Below, one piece after another: positions 46,597 through 56,174 of a DNA stretch of 64,000 nucleotides (the stretch's first letter is position 1; the number at the start of each line of letters is the position of its first letter). The stretch covers positions 1 through 64,000 of the IMG/VR virus record IMGVR_UViG_3300012988_000016; one strand, written 5' to 3'. Under the pieces are notes generated by a model that was not told the origin of the DNA, ran no database searches, and worked only from the letters and a program-made list of their open reading frames with translations. Position numbers and translations under genes: made by a program.

Positions 46597-47370
46597 ATGG
46601 GCACACTAACTACTGTTGTGATCGGTAGCGATGGCGTTACCGATTGGATCAAAACAGACGGGCAGCGGTACAATCTAGGGCCGATATCGGCTCTACGATT
46701 CGTATCTAGTTTGGTAGATAGGCGCCAAGCCAAGCGAGTCCTGGACACCTTTCTGTCTGGGAAAGAGGCCAAACTGTCGGTGGACATGGATCGGATGTGG
46801 GAGCTATTGGCACCACATCGAGCCCGATGGTCTGCCGTTAGTCCTTCTATGGTTTCCCAAGAAGAGAACACAAGGAATCCCACCATGAGCACTATTTCTG
46901 AAGATCTGAGCGTTTTTGAGAGTCACTTGGCCGCCCTGAAAGAAGCCGGCAGCCGCAAGGCATCGAACCTCCAGGACGGCGTGAAGGTGCTGTTCAAGCT
47001 GGCGGGTAAGATCAAGTCCCCCAATCAATCAAAGAATACCACCTACTACAATCTGGGAGCCCCCAAGGTTCATGAGGTGGGTGACAAGGTGGCTACCGAT
47101 GGTTTGACCTTCGACACCTATCAAGCCAACACCGATCTTGCCAATCAGATTATTGCCAAGTCGGAAGAAACCTCGCAGAAGATTGCTAGTTTGGCCAAAG
47201 CGGGTCGTAAGTTCAACGCTTCTAAGGCTCAATCGGATGTACGGACTGTTGCCGATAAGGTGGCGGGAATCCTCAAGGCCGATTTGACTGCTTCTTGGGT
47301 CAAGGCTGATTTGACCAAACTCGCAGCTCGCGCTGACGAACTCCATGGTTTGTTTGTGAACGCTAAATGA
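46597..47370 (+). CDS. Hypothetical protein (beta N-terminus, helical C-terminus)
   Basis: TAGG RBS; clean ORF before the tail tube gene. Confidence 0.7.
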   Translation: MGTLTTVVIGSDGVTDWIKTDGQRYNLGPISALRFVSSLVDRRQAKRVLDTFLSGKEAKLSVDMDRMWELLAPHRARWSAVSPSMVSQEENTRNPTMSTISEDLSVFESHLAALKEAGSRKASNLQDGVKVLFKLAGKIKSPNQSKNTTYYNLGAPKVHEVGDKVATDGLTFDTYQANTDLANQIIAKSEETSQKIASLAKAGRKFNASKAQSDVRTVADKVAGILKADLTASWVKADLTKLAARADELHGLFVNAK

Positions 47371-47415
47371 ATAACCACCCAATCTGGGTGGTGGTCAATG
47401 TGAAGGAGATGAGTT

Positions 47416-48138
47416 ATGGCCAAGCCGTCTGATGCCGCAAACTACATATACAGAATGGGTACAGCCCCTAATACTAGGGCTGCAATTTCCCAGAAGAACA
47501 AAGTGTTCTCCTACATCGTAGGCACCAAGGAATTCAAGCAAATAGGTGTCTTGTCGGAATTCGGTCAGGACGAAAGCCGTACGATTGATCCGGTTCGTGG
47601 TGTGGGTTTCGGAGATCAGATTGCTGAGTTGGTGCCCTCCGTCACAGAGCCCATGACTCTAACGGTCAACAAGACATTGATGAACACAATGGACCTGTTT
47701 CAGTCAATGGGATATCGTGGTGGCGTGAGCGGTTTGGTCCGCTCTCTCAAGCACCACCGTTGGCCGTTCGATATCAAGCAAGAGATGGTCATCTCTGAGA
47801 TCTCGTCCAAGCAGGATATGGATGGTGTGACCATTCAGGCGGCCCCCAATGCGTCCAAGCAGGCGAATGGCGAGCAGTTCTTGACCCCCGTCAGAGCTCT
47901 GTTCACCTTCTTTGAAGGCTGTTGGTTCAACAGCTATTCAAAATCTTCGACCTCGGATGCCGCTATCATCACCGAGAACTCAAGTGTTACGGTGACCGAC
48001 ATCCTCGATGGACGTAGCCAATATGGTGAATTCGTCGACACGGGGCTATCGCCCGTGCAGGCTAACGGCACTGCAGGTTCTGGTTTCTCCCTCCGTTTCG
48101 CTGGTAACAGTGCGACGGTCGGCACGCCAAACATCTGA
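47416..48138 (+). CDS. Tail tube protein
   Basis: IGVLSEFGQDESRTIDPVRGVGFGDQIAELVP...LTVNK...FEGCWFNSYS pattern; AAGGAG RBS; upstream of chaperones and tape measure. Confidence 0.85.
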   Translation: MAKPSDAANYIYRMGTAPNTRAAISQKNKVFSYIVGTKEFKQIGVLSEFGQDESRTIDPVRGVGFGDQIAELVPSVTEPMTLTVNKTLMNTMDLFQSMGYRGGVSGLVRSLKHHRWPFDIKQEMVISEISSKQDMDGVTIQAAPNASKQANGEQFLTPVRALFTFFEGCWFNSYSKSSTSDAAIITENSSVTVTDILDGRSQYGEFVDTGLSPVQANGTAGSGFSLRFAGNSATVGTPNI

Positions 48139-48156
48139 TCAGAGACCTAGCCGACA

Positions 48157-48188
48157 AGGGCCTCTTGGGGTGATCCTCAGGAGGCCTT
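48157..48188 (+). terminator. Hairpin after the tail tube gene
   Basis: GGCCTCTTGGGG-TGAT-CCTCAGGAGGCC stem; weak U-tract. Confidence 0.5.
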
Positions 48189-48217
48189 CACCATACCCAG
48201 ATTAGAGGAGATTAGAT

Positions 48218-49390
48218 ATGACGACATTGAAAGCGAAGCGGCTCAATAGCGCCCTTCAGAAGGTACAGAATGTAGGACGAGTAGAAGAAAGCGTCACCAT
48301 TAGTGGCTGCTCTCTTGTCTTACAGAACCTGTCTTCCAAAGAGTACGATCAGATCGTACCAGAGCTCAAAGACTTGGATGGGGAAGAGTATCTACATACT
48401 CACATGGTCTCTCATTTGAGCCGGTCGATAGTTGAGATCGAGGGTGTCGATCTTCGTGATGTTCAGTTCATCGAAGACGAAATACCGGTTGGGGCCTATA
48501 CCTTGTCGGCTGTGGTCAGTAATGAGGCGAAGGCCAAGAAAGCCCAAGAGTTGTTGTTGGCCGAGACGGGCATCAAACTGACAATCGAACCTCCAGATGA
48601 TACTAGTGAGGTCAAGACAGTCAAGTTAGAGAAGTCGGAGTGGCTCAAGCGGAAGCTAGTGAGCTGGGGTCGAGAAGCCATTCTGGTTGCTAGATTGAAA
48701 TTCTCTGAGGTGGTTGACAAGGCTAACGTCCATGCCAGAGAGGGTGTTCAATTCAATATTCCTGATGAGAGTGCGGCGGACAAGTTCAGACGTTTGCTTG
48801 TTGAGGCGAAAGAACTTGAGGTAGAGATGCCCGATGACTTGTTGGGTAAAATCCTAAGTGATGTCGGATATATGCAACAATCGTCTCAAAAGGAGTTGGA
48901 CGAAATTCATCAGTCGGCCCTAGCCTTTGATGATGAACGAGCGACCGAACAAGCGATTGAAGAGAGGGAACCGGCGCCCTCTATCCGACCATTGCCAAAG
49001 CCCCCAGTCGAGTTACAGCCTGATCCTGAGGTAGCGTCAAGAGCTGCTACCTCCAGACAGATTGCTGCGGAATTGATGCAAAGCCGTCAACCCCTCAATC
49101 AAGGGGACTTCACGGCTCCTACTCCCGTATCAGAGTATGTCGCAACCCCTAGAGTACCTCCCCAAATTCGTGGAGCTGCTGTCCCATCGGATCGGACGGC
49201 TGAGATATCAGCATTAGAAGGTCAGATAGACCCTGCCTTGATTCAAACCCTCGATCAAGCCGTACAGGCCAATGCCCCGATGGATCTGATGAAACAGAAA
49301 CCTGTTGATGGCAAGGGAGTCAACACCATCCTCAACCAACCCCCTGTTGTTGGTCTGAATCCAAAATTCCGCCCCATTCAGAAGGTCTGA
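48218..49390 (+). CDS. Putative tail assembly chaperone 1
   Basis: Located between tube and tape measure genes; acidic. Confidence 0.55.
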   Translation: MTTLKAKRLNSALQKVQNVGRVEESVTISGCSLVLQNLSSKEYDQIVPELKDLDGEEYLHTHMVSHLSRSIVEIEGVDLRDVQFIEDEIPVGAYTLSAVVSNEAKAKKAQELLLAETGIKLTIEPPDDTSEVKTVKLEKSEWLKRKLVSWGREAILVARLKFSEVVDKANVHAREGVQFNIPDESAADKFRRLLVEAKELEVEMPDDLLGKILSDVGYMQQSSQKELDEIHQSALAFDDERATEQAIEEREPAPSIRPLPKPPVELQPDPEVASRAATSRQIAAELMQSRQPLNQGDFTAPTPVSEYVATPRVPPQIRGAAVPSDRTAEISALEGQIDPALIQTLDQAVQANAPMDLMKQKPVDGKGVNTILNQPPVVGLNPKFRPIQKV

Positions 49391-49393
49391 CCC

Positions 49394-50656
49394 ATGGCAG
49401 ATCCCGATTACGATCAGGATCAAGCCCGCCTCCGTGCACAGCAAGAAGGAGACTCTGATGAAGAATTTCAAGCAGAGATTCCGAAGCTGCCGGAGATCAA
49501 TCCCGAGATCTACAAGGACGTCGAACCCTTGTTGTTTCGTGGATTCCTCCACGTTTCGGGTGAAATCAATGATGTGAGATTCATATTCAAGTCCTTGAAT
49601 CATCATGAGTTTTCGATGCTCAGTCTGATGAATCCCAAGGATGAGATGAACCACAAGAACCTTCAGAGGTTCTACGCCATGTTCCTGGCGTATGGGGTGA
49701 TGATGATCGGTCAAGACAACATATTGCTTGACAGAGATCGCTGGATCCCACGATTGGTGGAGGTCTTTACCAATATGGAGGAAGGTCCGAAAATCAAGGT
49801 AATTCGGTACCTTAGTGAGATCAATCGCCGTGCCACCCAAGCCACCGTTCTGACCGAAGCCTTTTCGATGGATACCTTCTCAAGATTGCGTTGGGCACAA
49901 CTCAAGGGTTCTGACCTGACCAGCACCTCAGTGACCGGCGTGTTGGGCACCAACAGTTTGGGGATGAACTGGGCACAACTCACTTGGCGGGCAATCAATC
50001 ATTACGCCGATCTCAAAGAACAGGCAGAAAGAGAATGGGAGAACGCCAAATTTATCGCTAGCTCGATGGCCGGAAAAGGGATGGTACGGATTCATAATCA
50101 AGACAAGAGGCGTCGAGAACAAGAAGCCAAAGACCAGATAGAACGTAGAGATAAGATCATTCGTTTCGCCCTCTTAGGGGAGTCTATGGACACCAAAGGG
50201 TCTCAACTGGGGCCTATCAAGGTAGCTAGGACGGTTGAGGAATTGAACCGACAACTTCAACACGACTTGAGAGGGGAAAAGGATTGGCACGACACAGTGG
50301 TCGACGCCCATGAAGCTCAAGTACGCGAGCAAAGTCGGCAGCGGATGGAACAGCTGCAACAGATGCAAAGAACGTATGAGGAAACCTACGGCACTCAGAG
50401 TCTGGTCGGGTCGTCCACCCGCTTGGAAGGTTTGACTGCCGAGGAAGCCAGGTTCCAAATCGAAAGAAAACGACAATTGGTGGCACAAAAGCTGTCCTCA
50501 CAGCAAGTACCCCCGGAACTGCTGGACCCTAAATACGCAGAATTTGCGGACAAGTGGGCCAACGTAAGACCCAGATCGGATCAAGATCCTCAGAAGATTC
50601 AATTAGTACCAACTGTCAATAGAGCCCCCGGATCCCCATTCAACCTGAAGAAGTGA
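49394..50656 (+). CDS. Putative tail assembly chaperone 2
   Basis: Directly upstream of the tape measure; FKSLNHHEF...RW pattern like T4 gp26/gp51-type chaperones. Confidence 0.55.
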   Translation: MADPDYDQDQARLRAQQEGDSDEEFQAEIPKLPEINPEIYKDVEPLLFRGFLHVSGEINDVRFIFKSLNHHEFSMLSLMNPKDEMNHKNLQRFYAMFLAYGVMMIGQDNILLDRDRWIPRLVEVFTNMEEGPKIKVIRYLSEINRRATQATVLTEAFSMDTFSRLRWAQLKGSDLTSTSVTGVLGTNSLGMNWAQLTWRAINHYADLKEQAEREWENAKFIASSMAGKGMVRIHNQDKRRREQEAKDQIERRDKIIRFALLGESMDTKGSQLGPIKVARTVEELNRQLQHDLRGEKDWHDTVVDAHEAQVREQSRQRMEQLQQMQRTYEETYGTQSLVGSSTRLEGLTAEEARFQIERKRQLVAQKLSSQQVPPELLDPKYAEFADKWANVRPRSDQDPQKIQLVPTVNRAPGSPFNLKK

Positions 50657-50660
50657 GCCC

Positions 50661-53600
50661 ATGGTCGATCAGAATAAAGAAGTCCTTCAGATTGGTGTTG
50701 ACGCCAAAGGGGCGATCTCTGACTTTGACAAGTTCGAGCGAGCCCTGACAGCTGGTCTCAAAGAGGTGGCCAATGCGGTTGCCTCGATGGGTCAAAAGAA
50801 TGAGGAGGTCAGCCGACAAGCGGTAGAAGACACTGAGCTTTGGACCGACAGTGTTGATGACCTGAAGGACGCCTACAAGTCTGAAGGGCATGAAATCACC
50901 AAGCTTGAAAAGTTGATTGTGGCTCTCCACAAGAAGACCGCCAAAGCCAATGCTGCTGAGTTGAAACAACTCAATCAGCAGATCCAGCAGCTCAAGAAAA
51001 TGCGGTCTGAGAAGGTCAAAAACCTCAAAGCTAGGGCCGGAAATGACCAGAAGTTCTCTAGAGGGGCTGAGGACCTTCGATCAGAGATGAAGGATGCGTT
51101 CAGCTCCTTCTTTGGCAAGGATTTCAAACGAGCCTCTGAGTCTGGGTTGAAGAGCTTGGTCAAGAGTCTCAAGATGGGTGGCCCCTTGGCAGAAAAGATG
51201 CGCTACAAGGGGATGGACTTGCAGCAAAAGGGTACTGTAAAGGGTGGCGTGCGTGGTGGGGTGATGAATGCGGCTGGGACGGCTCTCAAGGGGGCAGGAG
51301 CGGCCGGCGCTAAGCTGAACGACCTGTTTGCCAGTTTGGAGAAGATGGGCCCCATTCTGGCTATGGCAGGGACGGCGATCGTTGGTTTGGTCAAATTGTT
51401 TCTAGACCTGGATGCCAAGGCCAAAGCCTTCAACAAGGACATCCTTGCCAGTGCAGGCAGTGCTGACGTGTTGGCCCGATCGGGGGACGATGCTGAGGTG
51501 GCGTTCTCGAACATGTCGGATACGTTGCGGGAAATGCGAGACGCTAGCTATGATCTGAGCAACATCACTTGGGGGATCTCCTCAGATGAACACAAGGCCA
51601 TCCTCAATGTCTTGAATCAGGAAGGTGTCAGCATCAGTCGCATCAAAGAAGAAGCTGATTTGGCTGGTAAGTCGGTCAAAGAGTTCCAGCTTGATTTGGC
51701 TCACGTGAGTGTGGCGTACAGTCGAGCATTCGGGGTGCCGCTCCAAGAAATCAATCAGCTTCAAGCTGAGATGATGACCGAGATGTCGGCCAACCTACAG
51801 GGTACTACTGTGGCGTTCCAGCAGATGGAGCGAGCGGCCGATGAATCAGGCATCAAGGCCAACAAGTTTTTCAGCATGATTCGTGGAGTGTCGGCTGATC
51901 TGTCGTTGTGGGGCACCCGCATGGAAGATGCAGTCAAACTATTGGGCCGCTTGGGGAAGGTGATGAATCCCAGAGAGGCTCAGAAGTTCATGAATGTGGC
52001 GGTCCAAGGACTGAAGAACATGGGCCGCACAGAACGTCTTCGAGCCACCTTGCTGGCTGGTGGTGGGGCCACCAAGGGGATTGTTGATCGAGACTACAAG
52101 CGTAAGGCCGATAGTTTGGCCGAACAGCTCAACATGTCGGGGGACGAACTGATCAAGAAGATGAATGAGAAAGGCCCCAAAGGCTTGGAGGATGCGGTCA
52201 GTCAACTTCCGAAAGAAGCCCAGGGGGCAATGCGTAGTGCCCTGCAGGACATGAACCTCCAGAACAAACGTCGTAACAAGGGTACGTTTGGGATGTCGAC
52301 CGCCGCTAGGAATGTGGGCCCAGGCGGAGCTTTGGAGATCATGCAGAAAGCGATCCTTAGGTTGACCGGTAAGGGTAAACTATCGGACGCTGCGGGGGAT
52401 ATTGGTGGTGAGATGATGGCGGAGAATCTGGGTATCTCTGAGGAGCAGCTCGATCAGATGATCAAATTCGAATCCACCATCGATGCTCAGCGGGATGATC
52501 TGAAGAAGCTGCTTGAGAGTGGCACCGAGCAAGAGAAAGAAGACGCTCGCAAGGCCCTCAAGAAGGCTGGTCTGTACGCTAAGACGGATGAAGAGCTCAA
52601 GAAGAAGATCGACGGGGCGGGCTACGATCAGATCATGGACACGCTGGACGCTGACACCAAGAAGACGTTGGAAGGGGCGGCCAAGACAGAAGATTGGGCC
52701 AAGAAGCAGGCTGACCTACAGACATCCATGTTGGACAAGCTTGGGATGCTGGTCGACTTCATCATGAACAAACTCTATGATGTCATGATTGATATTTGGG
52801 ATGCCGTCACTTCTTTGACGGTCTTCGGTGGGGACAAGAAGGGCTTAGATCTGAAGAAAGCAGTCCTTGAAGTCCGAGACCCCGAGCAGTCTAGACTGCT
52901 CAAAGAGGTGGGTGGGGACATCTACAAGTTCCGTGGGGAGATGATGAAGCAGGGTTCGCCTTTCAGCAAGAACTTGGCAGACGCCCTTCACGGCAAAGAC
53001 AAGGACAAGGCTGAGGAAGCTATTCAGAGCCAGTTCTTCAAGATGACGGACGCAGATAGGACCAAATCTCTCACCAGTGCGGCAAGGGCGGCGGGCGTGT
53101 CGGAAGATAAGGTAAAAAACCTGGGTGGGCCTTGGGACGGTAGTCTGACGGGTCAGCTGGACAAGCAGGGGATCACTGGCGAACAGCGGGCAGCTTTGAT
53201 GCATCAGTTGGTCGGGCAGTTGGATCCTGCATTGCTTCCCAAGCTGATCAGCAAGATGGGTGGGGGGAGTTCGACTCAAAGTGCTGCGGTCCACCCCACC
53301 ACTCCTGGAGTCAGCACCCCTTCCGCTCCAACACCTGCCAGCAAGACGATGGAAACCAACTCATCTGACAGTCTGGCTCTAAGTAAAGACCAAGCTGAGA
53401 CTATGCAATCCATCGACAATCAGATGGATCGCTTCAAGATGGACACTGGTTTCCTTTCAGGACCGTACTCTAAGGCGGTTGAGAGCTCAGTGTTGGCGGC
53501 TGTGCGAACTGCCCTGTTTGAGTACTACATGTACAAGGACTTGAATCAGACTGACGTGGCGGCCGCTATTGGCGGTCTTGGCATGACAGGAAGGTCTTTC

Positions 53601-53918
53601 AGCCAAAACATCGGAGAGACAGCCGGACAGGGGTACGGTGGCGACATTGCTCTTAGAGTCATGAGCAACAAGCTGCCTGGACACGCGGGAGGCGGTATGG
53701 TGACCGGTATTGCCAACGGTATGGCCGTCACAGCTGCGGCGGGAGAGGGGTTGGCCTCTGTTGGTAAGGGGGAACGGATCGTCCCTGCAGGTAAGGGGGG
53801 TGGAGGGAATCTCACCTTCAACATAAATGGTGTGGGCGGAGCCGATTTGGCCAAGGTGATCGAGGCCAAGGTGATTGACGGGATCTACGAATACAAGCGA
53901 CGTGAGCGCTTCACCTAA
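50661..53918 (+). CDS. Tail tape measure protein
   Basis: 1085 aa, helical, Ala/Gly/Lys/Met-rich; C-terminal HAGGG...GERIVP...LTFNING motif. Confidence 0.88.
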   Translation: MVDQNKEVLQIGVDAKGAISDFDKFERALTAGLKEVANAVASMGQKNEEVSRQAVEDTELWTDSVDDLKDAYKSEGHEITKLEKLIVALHKKTAKANAAELKQLNQQIQQLKKMRSEKVKNLKARAGNDQKFSRGAEDLRSEMKDAFSSFFGKDFKRASESGLKSLVKSLKMGGPLAEKMRYKGMDLQQKGTVKGGVRGGVMNAAGTALKGAGAAGAKLNDLFASLEKMGPILAMAGTAIVGLVKLFLDLDAKAKAFNKDILASAGSADVLARSGDDAEVAFSNMSDTLREMRDASYDLSNITWGISSDEHKAILNVLNQEGVSISRIKEEADLAGKSVKEFQLDLAHVSVAYSRAFGVPLQEINQLQAEMMTEMSANLQGTTVAFQQMERAADESGIKANKFFSMIRGVSADLSLWGTRMEDAVKLLGRLGKVMNPREAQKFMNVAVQGLKNMGRTERLRATLLAGGGATKGIVDRDYKRKADSLAEQLNMSGDELIKKMNEKGPKGLEDAVSQLPKEAQGAMRSALQDMNLQNKRRNKGTFGMSTAARNVGPGGALEIMQKAILRLTGKGKLSDAAGDIGGEMMAENLGISEEQLDQMIKFESTIDAQRDDLKKLLESGTEQEKEDARKALKKAGLYAKTDEELKKKIDGAGYDQIMDTLDADTKKTLEGAAKTEDWAKKQADLQTSMLDKLGMLVDFIMNKLYDVMIDIWDAVTSLTVFGGDKKGLDLKKAVLEVRDPEQSRLLKEVGGDIYKFRGEMMKQGSPFSKNLADALHGKDKDKAEEAIQSQFFKMTDADRTKSLTSAARAAGVSEDKVKNLGGPWDGSLTGQLDKQGITGEQRAALMHQLVGQLDPALLPKLISKMGGGSSTQSAAVHPTTPGVSTPSAPTPASKTMETNSSDSLALSKDQAETMQSIDNQMDRFKMDTGFLSGPYSKAVESSVLAAVRTALFEYYMYKDLNQTDVAAAIGGLGMTGRSFSQNIGETAGQGYGGDIALRVMSNKLPGHAGGGMVTGIANGMAVTAAAGEGLASVGKGERIVPAGKGGGGNLTFNINGVGGADLAKVIEAKVIDGIYEYKRRERFT

Positions 53919-54550
53919 TGCCTAGAATAGCTTCAGCCAACCCTGATTTTAAGAGGATCAACGCCCCTTCTTCGGAGGATGCTTACGTCCATCCGGCGAC
54001 ATCCAGACAAGGGGCTATTCCGATGGCATTTCAGGTCACTAGTCCGTTCAATCAGAACACTTTGCTGATGCCTCATGCACTTGTGATGCACGTCAACCCA
54101 GCCTCACTACAGGAGAACTCCAACCAAAAAGTGGAACGAATTCAGACCATGGGTGGATTTGTCGAGCAGCACTGGGGGACAGATCTTGCTGAACTCTCTG
54201 CAGACGGAACTACAGGGGCGTTCATGAATATCTACACAGGTCTTACCTCGGCTCTTCGACAGAAGACGATCGCGTGGGACAGGTATCGAGATCTTCATGA
54301 TCTGTATCGGAACAACGGGTCGGTATACGACCCCTACGGCAACATCGTTCTTCAGGGGCATATTTTGCTGATGTACGATCGTGGCAACTATCTGGGGACC
54401 TTTAGAAGCTTTGAAGTAGAGGAGACGGACGACTCTCCGTTTGCTTTCCACATTAGTTGGAACTTCAAGGTTGAGCGTACGTTACTCTCTATCTCACCGC
54501 AGTACAACCTCCGGCCATCCCCTAATTTCCAGAGGCAGAACAATGGCTGA
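53918..54550 (+). CDS. Tail tube initiator / baseplate tube protein 1
   Basis: MHVNPASL...IQTMGGFVEQHWG...YLGTFRSFEVEE..DSPFAF.ISWNF; follows the tape measure. Confidence 0.7.
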   Translation: MPRIASANPDFKRINAPSSEDAYVHPATSRQGAIPMAFQVTSPFNQNTLLMPHALVMHVNPASLQENSNQKVERIQTMGGFVEQHWGTDLAELSADGTTGAFMNIYTGLTSALRQKTIAWDRYRDLHDLYRNNGSVYDPYGNIVLQGHILLMYDRGNYLGTFRSFEVEETDDSPFAFHISWNFKVERTLLSISPQYNLRPSPNFQRQNNG

Positions 54551-56174
54551 TTCGAAGATTTACAAGCAAATAGAGAGTACGGCTGCCCTCAATCCTCCTG
54601 GAACCTACAGCTTTAGCCCAACTTCGTTTCTCACCTACTACAACGATTTGACGCTAGCTCAAGATCCGTTGGCTGCATACTTCATCCCACTATCAACGGT
54701 TGCCCAAAGGTCTCTGAATCCTAAGATCTTCGCCATAGGCGTCATCCCACCTTCGGTGAGTCTGACGGGTAATTTGTTGGATCGCAGTAGTACGATCAAT
54801 TCGATCCTATCGGCAGATCCGACATACACTGGTACTGTCAGTGGAATTTCCGCGGATCGTAGCACCTATGTGAGAGAACTGTTGGAATGGGCCTGTAGCC
54901 CTCCTCAAGGCCGTAGTGAAAACGACCCCATCTATCAAGAGGTGGTGGAAGGAAGGGATCAGGGGGCTAGTCAAAAGTCCTACAGTTCGTGTGGAGACCT
55001 GCCCAATTGGATGCTTTACAGCCTAGGAGTTAGAACCGATTACGTCAATCGAGCTGAGAATGGTGGTTGGAAAGAAGGGCAGAATATCAGCAAATTGGCC
55101 TTCAGCCCAGTAGCAGCCCAAATCACTCCAGACACTCAGTATAGTGCTGGAGACACAGTGGTGATTTACAGTGAGGCCAACGGAAGCGACGCCCATGCTT
55201 TGGTGGTGATAAGTCAGCAGGGCAATAAGCTGGAGACTGCCGAATACGGCCAACCTGGAGGAGCGATTCGTAATCGCACCGTCACTTTGAAAGATGGTGT
55301 GCCCTATATGGGCAAGCGCCAGATGCAAAAAATACTCCCATTGAAGGATGTATTGGCTGATGCAGAATCGAAAGGTCAATTGGGAGACGTTCGTCTTCCC
55401 AACGGGGTTCTGACATCAGTCAAAGCTGACGGTCCTACTAGTAAGTGGGACGGAGATTTGGCAGATACGGCTCGTAAACAACAGCAGAAGTTGGCCAACA
55501 CCCCATTGACTCCAGATGAGGTGGGTAAAGCATTCTTGGCCGCTCAGCAGGCTCAAATATCAGCCATCAAAGCGACCCTCGACGCGATGGCCAACACCCC
55601 ACCTTTGCGTATGCTGGTCAACCCCAAATCTTTCTCAATCAAAGGGGACAAGATCGCCTCTGATGGTAATTGGGGGCGAAATGGGCCGATCATCGAGCAT
55701 TGGGGCGACAACCAGGACAAGATCTCCGCTTCTGGTAAAGTGGCGGGCTATTACGCCATAGATATCATGCAAGCGGGTGGGCCTGGTTTGACCAGAATGG
55801 CTCGTAACTATTCTCAATCGTGGCAAAATCTGCAGAGCCTGTATCTGTTCTACAAGAACAATGGGGCCCTCTATACCCAAGATTACGCTGCTCCTGGGAC
55901 AGGTCAGACCAATCTTGCTTTGATGGGTTCGATCTACATCTACTACGACAACATCCTGTACATAGGGTCTTTCGACAACTTCAACCTTTCTGAGGCGGAT
56001 ACCGGCCCATTCTCGGTGGAATACAGCTACGACTTCACCATTAGAGCTGCATTTTTGATGGATCAGCCAGACACTGCACAGACTTATGGTAGAGTCAATG
56101 TCCCCAACTCGGCGGCTGCCCTCCAAACTTCTGCCCCACCCCAAATACTAGACGGAGCGAACGGACCTTTCTGA
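54543..56174 (+). CDS. Tail tube initiator paralogue 2 with a papain-like (CHAP/NlpC-P60) amidase domain
   Basis: C-terminus paralogous to 53918..54550 (LVNPKS...EHWG...YKNNG...YIGSF...PF); central SSCG...AHAL...AEYG putative Cys-His-Glu triad; start ATG 54543. Confidence 0.65.
   Translation: MADSKIYKQIESTAALNPPGTYSFSPTSFLTYYNDLTLAQDPLAAYFIPLSTVAQRSLNPKIFAIGVIPPSVSLTGNLLDRSSTINSILSADPTYTGTVSGISADRSTYVRELLEWACSPPQGRSENDPIYQEVVEGRDQGASQKSYSSCGDLPNWMLYSLGVRTDYVNRAENGGWKEGQNISKLAFSPVAAQITPDTQYSAGDTVVIYSEANGSDAHALVVISQQGNKLETAEYGQPGGAIRNRTVTLKDGVPYMGKRQMQKILPLKDVLADAESKGQLGDVRLPNGVLTSVKADGPTSKWDGDLADTARKQQQKLANTPLTPDEVGKAFLAAQQAQISAIKATLDAMANTPPLRMLVNPKSFSIKGDKIASDGNWGRNGPIIEHWGDNQDKISASGKVAGYYAIDIMQAGGPGLTRMARNYSQSWQNLQSLYLFYKNNGALYTQDYAAPGTGQTNLALMGSIYIYYDNILYIGSFDNFNLSEADTGPFSVEYSYDFTIRAAFLMDQPDTAQTYGRVNVPNSAAALQTSAPPQILDGANGPF

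Noticed and set aside
49340-49400. Programmed frameshift between the tail chaperones
   Set aside because: No XXXYYYZ slippery heptamer is seen near the end of the first gene, and the second has its own ATG.
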